Positions 44,989 through 52,243 of a stretch of 64,000 nt of DNA are shown piece after piece. The stretch lies in the NCBI GenBank assembly GCA_002753565.1, contig PEAM01000016.1:4400-68399 (forward strand). Direction: 5' to 3'. Position 1 is the stretch's first letter. Every line of letters starts with the position of its first letter. This stretch comes from Magnetococcales bacterium. Its GTDB lineage: Bacteria > Pseudomonadota > Magnetococcia > Magnetococcales > JADFYX01. The notes below the pieces were generated by a model that saw only the letters and a list, made by a program, of their open reading frames with translations, was not told the origin of the DNA and searched no databases. Made by a program: the position numbers and the translations under genes.

Positions 44989-45450
44989 ATGAAAAAAACA
45001 ACCTTGAAACGCTGGCTTCTTGTTGCTCTCTTCGGTGGCGCTGCGTTGGTTGCCTTGCCGCACTCATCTCATGCATGGTGGGGTGGTCCAGGTGGCTGGA
45101 ACAACGGAAACAACGGCAATAATTGGAACAACGGCTTCAACAATGGCAACGGCTTTAATAATGCCAATGACTGGAACAACTGGGCCAATGCCATGGCTCG
45201 TGGTGAAGGCCGATTCAATTTTGAAGTGCATGGCGATGTGGATATGGATGCACTGACAGATGGTAACTGGAACAATTTCATGAACAACGGTTGGAACAAT
45301 CAAGGTTACAACCGCTCAGGAAATGCTTTCAACAACGGTTCAAACAACGGCTGGGGTAATCATTCCGGCGGTTGGGGGCCTGGCAATCGGGGTGGTCCCG
45401 GAAGCTGGGGACCTGGTGGCTGGGCAGGTCCTGGCCCCTGGGGGTGGTAG
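44989..45450 (+). CDS. Secreted Asn/Gly/Trp-rich repeat protein (paralog 1)
   Basis: AGAGGAGG SD, then ATG 44989. Signal peptide MKKTTLKRWLLVALFGGAALVALPHSSHA. The mature protein is almost entirely N/G/W(F) repeats with a central ARGEGRFNFEVHGDVDMD core and a GPGxWG tail. Confidence 0.7.
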   Translation: MKKTTLKRWLLVALFGGAALVALPHSSHAWWGGPGGWNNGNNGNNWNNGFNNGNGFNNANDWNNWANAMARGEGRFNFEVHGDVDMDALTDGNWNNFMNNGWNNQGYNRSGNAFNNGSNNGWGNHSGGWGPGNRGGPGSWGPGGWAGPGPWGW

Positions 45451-45505
45451 TTTACTTTTAAATTAACGAAGAATATTCATCATTTTACAATGGAGTGAAA
45501 AAATC

Positions 45506-46048
45506 ATGAAAAAATCAATCCGCGCTTTGGCTATTGCTGCTCTTATCGGTGGTGCTGCTATGGTTTCCGCTGGCGACGCTGCCGCTTGGGGCTGGGGTCC
45601 AGGTAATGGTAATGGTTGGAATCCTTGGAACAACAACAACGGTTGGAACAACAACAATAACAACGGTTGGAACAATGGTAACAACTGGAGCAACGGCAAC
45701 AACTGGACCAACGGCAATGACTGGAACAACAACTGGGCCAACAACGGTTCCGGTCGTGGTAACGGCAATGCCAAAGGCAACTTCGGTTTCAACATGGGCG
45801 GTGATGTAGCTGGTTCCGGTTCTGGCAACAACGACTGGAACAACAACATGAAGAACAACTGGCAGAACAACAACAACTGGAAGAACAACAACGACTGGAA
45901 CAACAACTGGAACAACAACAACAACTGGCGCAACAACAACGGTTGGAACAATGGTCCCGGCTACGGTCCTGGTCCTTATGGTTATGCACCAGCACCAGCT
46001 GCGCCAGCACCAGCTGCGCCAGCACCAGCCGCACCTGAAGCCAAATAG
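45506..46048 (+). CDS. Secreted Asn/Trp-rich repeat protein (paralog 2) with Gly/Tyr/Pro and (APAPA)n tail
   Basis: GGAG SD. Signal peptide MKKSIRALAIAALIGGAAMVSAGDAAA. By my count the ~153 mature residues hold about 58 Asn and 17 Trp. The central core is GRGNGNAKGNFGFNMGGDV and the C-terminus is GPGYGPGPYGYAPAPAAPAPAAPAPAAPEAK. A strong terminator follows. Confidence 0.7.
   Translation: MKKSIRALAIAALIGGAAMVSAGDAAAWGWGPGNGNGWNPWNNNNGWNNNNNNGWNNGNNWSNGNNWTNGNDWNNNWANNGSGRGNGNAKGNFGFNMGGDVAGSGSGNNDWNNNMKNNWQNNNNWKNNNDWNNNWNNNNNWRNNNGWNNGPGYGPGPYGYAPAPAAPAPAAPAPAAPEAK
45991..46035 (+). repeat. 3 x 15-nt tandem repeat (AGCACCAGCTGCGCC) encoding the Ala/Pro tail
   Basis: Units at 45991-46005 and 46006-46020 are identical. 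The unit at 46021-46035 has 2 substitutions. Confidence 0.85.
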
Positions 46049-46071
46049 TCTCTCTTCTCTTCAGGCTTGAT

Positions 46072-46106
46072 AAAAAAGGGCGGCGGCTAATCCGCCGCCC
46101 TTTTTT
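46072..46106. terminator. Bidirectional rho-independent terminator
   Basis: A6-GGGCGGCGG-CTAAT-CCGCCGCCC-T6, starting 24 nt after the stop of the 45506 gene. Confidence 0.85.
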
Positions 46107-46130
46107 ATATCCCCCTCCAGAGTTCAGAGG

Positions 46131-46177
46131 CTACAAGAGGAGAGTCGAGGTCGTCTGTCTCGACTCTCCTCTTGTAG
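46131..46177. other. Perfect 19-bp stem / 9-nt loop hairpin of unknown function
   Basis: CTACAAGAGGAGAGTCGAG (46131-46149) pairs perfectly with CTCGACTCTCCTCTTGTAG (46159-46177). It sits just downstream of the canonical terminator. Confidence 0.7.
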
Positions 46178-46335
46178 GCTTTTCACTCCGTTGCGAACAG
46201 GTGAAGGATGCGGGTAGAATGGGGGTGATTAAGATTTTTAGTACTCACTTTTCATCGCTGGCTTTTGGTGCAACACTTGATGCTTGAAAATCGGCAGTCG
46301 ATGAGAGACCAATCTTCAACCTTACCGGAAACGAT

Positions 46336-46986
46336 ATGATCACTGTAGTCGGGAATTTGAAGGGCGGATGCGGTAAAAGCACCATATCCTTTAATCTGGC
46401 CGTCTGGTTAGCCACGGCGGGAGTTGATGTGGTGGCTTTTGACCTGGACCCCCAGGCAACTCTCAGCGATGTGGCTGAAGTTCGAACAGAGGAAGAGCTG
46501 GAACCGGAAGTTCGCGTCTTCAGGCCGGAAAGCAGCCCCACGAAGGTGATGAAGAAACATCAAGGGGAGATGCTTGTGGATGTTGGAGCCGCCAACCTGT
46601 GGGCCATGCGACAAGCCATCGCCATGGCAGACCGTGTTCTGGTCCCTGTCCCCCCAAGTCAGGCTGATGTCTGGTCTACCGCTCGATTCAAAGACATTGT
46701 CGAGGAGACCGTTGCGGGAAAAGATAAAAAACCAGAACTTCTCCTTTTCATCAACCGGGCTGACACCCATCCAGGCATGCGTGAGTCTGACGAAACCCTG
46801 GAGGCCTTAAGAACCCTTTCGGGTGTTAAAGTCCTAGATGCCAGAATCCACCAAAGAACAGCCTACCGTCGCTCTTTCAGCGAAGGACAGGCGGTTTTTG
46901 AGCAGGAAAAAAGCAGTAAGGCCGCCACAGAGTTTCTCTATCTGGCACAAACACTGTACCCGGAGGTTACTTTTCAGCTAAAGTAG
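46336..46986 (+). CDS. ParA/MinD-family P-loop ATPase (orphan, no ParB nearby)
   Basis: Deviant Walker A with signature lysine, VVGNLKGGCGKST. 216 aa. Walker B-like VLVPVPPS. Confidence 0.8.
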   Translation: MITVVGNLKGGCGKSTISFNLAVWLATAGVDVVAFDLDPQATLSDVAEVRTEEELEPEVRVFRPESSPTKVMKKHQGEMLVDVGAANLWAMRQAIAMADRVLVPVPPSQADVWSTARFKDIVEETVAGKDKKPELLLFINRADTHPGMRESDETLEALRTLSGVKVLDARIHQRTAYRRSFSEGQAVFEQEKSSKAATEFLYLAQTLYPEVTFQLK

Positions 46987-47162
46987 GCCTGGCTGAGGCG
47001 TATAACGTATAAACCAGAAAATGAGAGTGAAATAGTATCAGCATAAAAAAAACGAACGAGAGCTTGGTTAATTCCGCCGTTTGACTTTCTGGTCAGCCAT
47101 CTCCACTTGATGTCTGACAAAGCTTGGGGCCGTTTTTAAATATATTCAGGAGTTTGTATCTC

Positions 47163-47894
47163 ATGACAGATGAGAAGAACAAAGACCAGCAGCCGGACGA
47201 TCAAGGCGGGAACAAAAAACGAACCTCGACCATTCAACCCGAGGCCCGTTTTGTCCGAGGCCGCAGCCCTTTTCCAACAGCGGGAAACTCTGCTGAGTGT
47301 GCCTCTTGCTCCAGCACCGTCATTTCAGAATTTGCCAAGAGTTTTGATAAAAGTGCCAGGCGTTGGGAGTTGATTGTCTATCCCTCGCTGTTTGCCTTTA
47401 TTATTCTGGCCATGTACGGTTTTTTTCTCATCTATAGCCTGACTCAAGATATCCGCACCATGGCCTCATCCATCGATCCCCAAATGGGATTGAACATGGG
47501 CAATCTCTCCATCAGCATCTCCAACCTTTCTGATAATGTCGCTCTGATGTCAACACATCTGGAGTATATCAGCGATAATATGGAGACCATGTCGGTGGAT
47601 ATGCAGAGCATGGCTGAAAATATGGAACATATGACCGACTCCATCAACGGCCTGGATAAAAATGTAGGGACCATGGTTACCAGTGTTGAATCCATGAGTG
47701 GCAGTGTCATGACCATGAACAAGAGTATGGATGAGATCTCTGTTAAACTGGACTCTCTCCACCCAATCAGCGCCAACGTCGCCAACATGACCAACGCCAT
47801 GAACGTCATGACCAGTTCGGTCAACTCCATGAGCCACGATCTTAATGGCGCCATAAGACCCATGAGCCAAATCAACCGTTTCATGCCTTGGTAG
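47163..47894 (+). CDS. Single-pass membrane protein with basic N-terminal tail and Met-rich heptad coiled coil
   Basis: AGGAG SD, then ATG 47163. The basic N-terminus includes NKKRTSTIQPEARFVRGR. The TM spans about residues 69-93. Beyond it is roughly 75 residues of unbroken 3-4 hydrophobic spacing, mostly Met (NMETMSVDMQSMAENMEHMTDSI...). Confidence 0.65.
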   Translation: MTDEKNKDQQPDDQGGNKKRTSTIQPEARFVRGRSPFPTAGNSAECASCSSTVISEFAKSFDKSARRWELIVYPSLFAFIILAMYGFFLIYSLTQDIRTMASSIDPQMGLNMGNLSISISNLSDNVALMSTHLEYISDNMETMSVDMQSMAENMEHMTDSINGLDKNVGTMVTSVESMSGSVMTMNKSMDEISVKLDSLHPISANVANMTNAMNVMTSSVNSMSHDLNGAIRPMSQINRFMPW

Positions 47895-48213
47895 AATAGA
47901 AACGTTTACTCCCATCCTACTATAAGCCCAGGGACGGCCGTGCAAGCCGCCCCTATACCACCAAGAGGGATAGAGGCCAGCTACAGCTATCTAAAAACTT
48001 TCCTGATGAGCTTACCGCCTTTACCAGATCACCTTCTGGCAATCGGTGAATAACAAACATTATCCACACAATCACAGCCAGAACAATAACACCAACCAAG
48101 TTACCAGAACTCCGTGCTTCAAAGGCCAAATAGGATGCGTCATTCACAGTCTGTGTAAGGCCCAGCCTTACCAACCACCAAGGAGAGCCCCAATAGAGTG
48201 GAGTGGAAAGAGT

Positions 48214-49857
48214 TCAGGCACTCTTTATCGGCTTGGCAACCGCACATCGTCCCCGACCCGACTCTTTTACCGAATATAAAGCGGAGTCGGCACTCTTGAG
48301 CAGAGTATCAATATCTTCACCATGAATGGGAAACAGGCTAATACCAATACTGACACCAATAGAGCACTCATGACCCTTTAAATGGTACGGCTCTTTAACA
48401 CGTACCAGTACCCGGTTACCCACCTCAAGGGCTAAATCGGTCGTGGAACACTCTGGTAATAACGCCGCAAATTCATCTCCCCCCAAACGGAAAACCACAT
48501 CAGAATCCCGCACCGCCTCCTGCAGACGAGAGGCCGCCTCTTGGAGCAACATATCGCCAATATCATGGCCCAAGGTGTCGTTGATGGGTTTGAATTTGTC
48601 CAGATCCATATAAAAAAGGGCTAATTTTCCCCCATGACGACGACAAAGAGCCGTGGCGGTCCCCAGCAGATCTTGAAACATGCGCCGATTGCCCAATCCA
48701 GTCAGGGCATCCCGAACCGCCAAGGTTTCGAACCGCTCTTTCTGTTCCAGAAGATGGCCCATATTGGCATAAACCGTCATGGAGGCGGTCTCCAAGGCGT
48801 TATCGAGAACCTGCAGTTCATTACCGCGAAATCGACCTGGATCAGGCTGAACCATTCCGGCGCTGGTACTGCAAACCTCGAGAAGAATGCGCGCCTTGCC
48901 ATAGAGTTTGCGCATGGGATGGATAAGAACAAAGTAAGTAGCGCCACCCAACATGACAACCAGAATGGTAATGGTAATTGCCGTATGCACCAACCGCTTG
49001 GCGCTCTCGAAAAGGGGCGCGTGGGACTCTTCCAGTGGCAGGAAAATCACCAGGGTAAAAGTTCGGTCGACGAAGGTGACTGGCTGATAAAAAAGGGCCT
49101 GAGCATTGCCATGCTCTTCACTAAACTGCCTTTTCCCCTCTAAAATGACCTCCCTCGCCATTTTTATATCCACCGCAGGCCACTTTCCCGATCCATCTGA
49201 AACCGCAAAAAGACCAATGGAGTTAGATACCAGCGCCAATTTTGTCCCGGTATATTCAGAAAGATTGGTAGAAAAGGCCCCATTGATCAGGGTGCCGATG
49301 GTGATGGCCCCAAGTACAGCCCCCTTATAAAACAGAGGAGCCGTCGCATGGATGGAGTAGGTATTGTCCTCCTCCGCCATATTAAGCACAATCCGCTTAT
49401 AGGTCATCGCTTCTTGAATATCAGGAAGAAATTCAGGCTTGGCCGGTTGGTCAGGTGCGATATCCGGGGGGAGGTGTTGATTATGAAGGTCGTGAATCAG
49501 CCGCCCTTCTGCATTGACCAACTGCAAAAAATCGAGGTTGAAAAGCTCGATCTGCCCCTTGATATAACGGTGGAACCGCTCTGAATCGGCGTTAGGGTCC
49601 TCATTGAAATGGCTCAACTCCCGTCGCAGCCTCTTATCTGCCTGAAGAACCCGAGCCAGCCTGGGCAGGCCTAAAATTTCCTCATCAATTCGAGCCTGAA
49701 CATCCGCACCAATGGCAGCAATCTCCTCATCCAACTGCTGATGGATACGTTTATGAACCGGGGCATAGTTGATAAAATAGCCTGAAGTCACGCTTGCCAA
49801 GGCTGTCAAGGCAAGGAAACCAAGGATAGGATAGATTAGGCTATTATTTTTCAGCAT
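48214..49857 (-). CDS. Sensor-domain diguanylate cyclase (GGDEF)
   Basis: RLGGDEFAALL active site and LTGLGNRRMF. N-terminal TM, periplasmic sensor region, then a second TM. Start ATG 49857 is preceded by AAGGAG. Confidence 0.9.
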   Translation of the reverse strand: MLKNNSLIYPILGFLALTALASVTSGYFINYAPVHKRIHQQLDEEIAAIGADVQARIDEEILGLPRLARVLQADKRLRRELSHFNEDPNADSERFHRYIKGQIELFNLDFLQLVNAEGRLIHDLHNQHLPPDIAPDQPAKPEFLPDIQEAMTYKRIVLNMAEEDNTYSIHATAPLFYKGAVLGAITIGTLINGAFSTNLSEYTGTKLALVSNSIGLFAVSDGSGKWPAVDIKMAREVILEGKRQFSEEHGNAQALFYQPVTFVDRTFTLVIFLPLEESHAPLFESAKRLVHTAITITILVVMLGGATYFVLIHPMRKLYGKARILLEVCSTSAGMVQPDPGRFRGNELQVLDNALETASMTVYANMGHLLEQKERFETLAVRDALTGLGNRRMFQDLLGTATALCRRHGGKLALFYMDLDKFKPINDTLGHDIGDMLLQEAASRLQEAVRDSDVVFRLGGDEFAALLPECSTTDLALEVGNRVLVRVKEPYHLKGHECSIGVSIGISLFPIHGEDIDTLLKSADSALYSVKESGRGRCAVAKPIKSA

Positions 49858-50047
49858 GGAAGGTCCCCTTCTCCTTTTGGACTCCCCAAGCCAAGAAAGC
49901 TGGAGAGGCAAAACCCCACTACAAAGACAATACCTTAAAATATATCAATAAAAATCACCCACTACAAGGAATTGCAACAAACGAAACAGAGCAAGAGAGG
50001 AGAAAACACCCACAACCAAATGTGTGCGAACGCTCTGTAACTTAAAA

Positions 50048-51199
50048 TTACTCAGGTGGGCTTTCCAGCAACATCAAATTGCCCGAAATCTGACCAAAAA
50101 GAGGGTGGGTTTCAGGCAGGCTCTGTTTGGCCACCTCCAAAGAGACGAGCAGATTCTCCCGAGCTAGATCTCCCTCGCCAATTTCAATCTGCAAAACAGC
50201 CAGATTGTTATAGATTAAAGCAACATGCGGGTGGCTCTTTTCCCTACTGACCTTATTGCTCTTTGCCAAAGAGATACCTAAAAACTGTGCCGCCTCTACC
50301 GCTCCATCTCTTGAGCGGATAATCCGTCCCAAACCATTCACACAGAGGTTGACCAAGGGGTTTTCCAGGCCATGTTTCTGCTCCATGATGGCTAGAGCCC
50401 GCTGAAAAAAACCGGTTGCCTCTTCGATTTTTCCCTGATCTCGTCGCAACATACCCAAGTTACCCAACAAATTGGCTACCAGTTGATGCTCACCACCCAA
50501 CGCCTTTTCAGCAAGCGCAAGGGCCTGTTGAAAAAAACCATCCGCCCGCTCATGTTCCCCCAAACGGTGCCACGCCTCAGCCAGATTATTGATACGAATG
50601 GCTACACTGGGGTGCTCATCTCCCTGAAGAACACGACACAACGCCACCGCCTGACGATGGCTGATAATAGCCCGGTCTGGCCAGACACCGATCAAGAGTC
50701 GCCCCTGCCGATCCAGCAACTCCAGCAGGGGAGCCAACAATTTTTTCTGGCCTGTTTGGGCCGCCCACCGCGCCAAAACTACCGTATGCCAAGAGACCCG
50801 GTTGACAATGTCCATCCGTTTGAAGGCAGGGATTTGAGTCAGGGAGGCGACAAACTGCACACCGGAATAGATCAGTTGTTTAGCACGCTCCCCATCCAAA
50901 TCCGCCCGCACTCCCTCCTGAACACACTCAAGAAGACATAGTTCAGAAGTGGTTCGGATAATCAGGCCATGGGCTTCCAAAACCTCAAACAGGCGCAACC
51001 ACTCCGACCTGGGCAGCTCGCTCAGAGGCTTGGGAAAAAAGGGTTGGCAGGGAATCAGACAGAGAAGAGGCAGACCGGCTGGCGCAAAAAAAGAGAAAAA
51101 CTCAAGGAAAAAACCCACGGAGTGGTGCGCCTCTGTAGCCAGATCTCTCTGCTCTTCCAGCGACTGTCCGTTTAAGTCAGCAAACCTGTTTTTCCCCAT
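50048..51199 (-). CDS. TPR (kinesin-light-chain-type TPR_12) repeat protein with winged-helix-like N-terminal region
   Basis: Repeats of the form ALALAEKALGGEHQLVANLLGNLGML, ALAIMEQKHGLENPLV and SHPHVALIYNNLAVL. No P-loop is visible. Confidence 0.6.
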   Translation of the reverse strand: MGKNRFADLNGQSLEEQRDLATEAHHSVGFFLEFFSFFAPAGLPLLCLIPCQPFFPKPLSELPRSEWLRLFEVLEAHGLIIRTTSELCLLECVQEGVRADLDGERAKQLIYSGVQFVASLTQIPAFKRMDIVNRVSWHTVVLARWAAQTGQKKLLAPLLELLDRQGRLLIGVWPDRAIISHRQAVALCRVLQGDEHPSVAIRINNLAEAWHRLGEHERADGFFQQALALAEKALGGEHQLVANLLGNLGMLRRDQGKIEEATGFFQRALAIMEQKHGLENPLVNLCVNGLGRIIRSRDGAVEAAQFLGISLAKSNKVSREKSHPHVALIYNNLAVLQIEIGEGDLARENLLVSLEVAKQSLPETHPLFGQISGNLMLLESPPE

Positions 51200-51483
51200 G
51201 ACAACCCCTTAACGAGAGATTCAAACCCCACCCCAGCCGTCAATCAGCTCAAGGGGTATCAACCAAAAAACCTCATGCTTAAAGAGGGATACCTGAACTC
51301 TTCTTTTGAATGGGTCTAAAAAAGAGTGCCAGAATGGCGGTTTACAGCTAATTATAGTGTAGAATTCTATCAAACCTTACCGACACTTCGCAAGACTAGC
51401 TGAAGCCCGTTACAAAATAATGTCCCATTCCATGACGAAAAAATCTGCCATCTGGAAAAAAGAGGGGAGAGAAAGGTGAGCTG

Positions 51484-51945
51484 TTACAGGCGATTAAGCA
51501 GCCCTGTCATAATACGCAACGCATTCTCTCCTGCACCATCAATGGTCGGGAGCAACATCAGCCGTAACTGACTCAAGGCAGCTTGTACCAAGCGGATGGT
51601 AGAGATAGTGAGGGGTCTTTGGGTTTCAATTCGCACCGCAAACACGCGTGCGACCTCTTCCGAAAAAAGAGAGACATCTGTCAGCCCATGAAGCGCCGCC
51701 TCTTTGCTAAATGATTTCATAGCCTTGGCAAGCCACAGGAGCAGCTCGGCATCATCAGGTCGATGCAGCAGGGAAAGAGCGCTTTGTTCAAAGTCATCAA
51801 GAAAGATCAGACCCTCATCGATAAAGGCCCGATGGGTCACCAAGCGGACCACAGGAGCACCTCTAGCCCCAGATTTTTGATGCGTTGAGACCCTTTCATC
51901 TTCTTTCTGCTTGCCGGTCGGCCAGAAAAAAAATTCACTTACCAC
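51484..51945 (-). CDS. Hypothetical protein (153 aa), predicted helical
   Basis: GTG start preceded by AGGAAGGA. It lies about 60 nt downstream of a sigma-54 promoter match. No family recognised, though there is a faint HPt-like helical pattern. Confidence 0.5.
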   Translation of the reverse strand: MVSEFFFWPTGKQKEDERVSTHQKSGARGAPVVRLVTHRAFIDEGLIFLDDFEQSALSLLHRPDDAELLLWLAKAMKSFSKEAALHGLTDVSLFSEEVARVFAVRIETQRPLTISTIRLVQAALSQLRLMLLPTIDGAGENALRIMTGLLNRL

Positions 51946-52015
51946 GCTGTTTCCTTCCTAATAATCCACTCCGTTTCCAGGATGATTGACCTGCTGTTCT
52001 CTTACTGAGTGAACA

Positions 52016-52031
52016 AGCAGAAAGCAGGCCA
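52016..52031 (-). promoter_or_regulatory. Candidate sigma-54 (-24/-12) promoter TGGCCTGCTTTCTGCT
   Basis: On the minus strand, GG lies at 52030/52029 and GC at 52018/52017, with exactly 10 nt between them. This matches the TGGCAC-N5-TTGCW geometry. It is positioned upstream of the 51945 start. Confidence 0.6.
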
Positions 52032-52200
52032 GCTAATAAAAGGAGAGTTAATACCATTTAATATTGGCTGGTTACCGAGCATGGAGAGGAAAAAGATCCG
52101 GCGTGAGGGGGTGATTGTTTTTCTTCAGGATATTCTACTGATTTAATAAAAAAAATATTTTTTTCAAAGTGTTGACACCAAACTCTCCCCCACCCCACCA

Positions 52201-52216
52201 TGCAATCAATATTGCA
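52201..52216. promoter_or_regulatory. Palindrome TGCAAT-CAAT-ATTGCA, candidate enhancer-binding-protein site (UAS)
   Basis: Perfect 6-bp arms. It lies about 170-185 bp upstream of the sigma-54 promoter, with an A/T-rich tract (52141-52167) between them that could bend DNA. Confidence 0.35.
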
Positions 52217-52243
52217 CCCCTCCAGGGCAGGGTTTCCACCGGT

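Noticed and set aside
45463-45951. 162-aa minus-strand Leu/Phe/Gln-rich ORF, plus other alternative-frame ORFs over the N/W genes
   Set aside because: These are mirror images of the AAC/TGG codon arrays (GTT/CCA). They have no signal peptide or SD, whereas the plus-strand genes have an SD, a signal peptide and a terminator.
45590-45960. Highly repetitive DNA considered as a possible CRISPR or satellite array
   Set aside because: The repeats are in-frame codon repeats inside ORFs with signal peptides. There is no repeat-spacer periodicity.
51310-51332. Perfect TGGCAC (-24-like) on the minus strand upstream of the TPR gene
   Set aside because: The position where the -12 GC should be reads TTTTTTAG, so there is no GC at the required 10-nt spacing.
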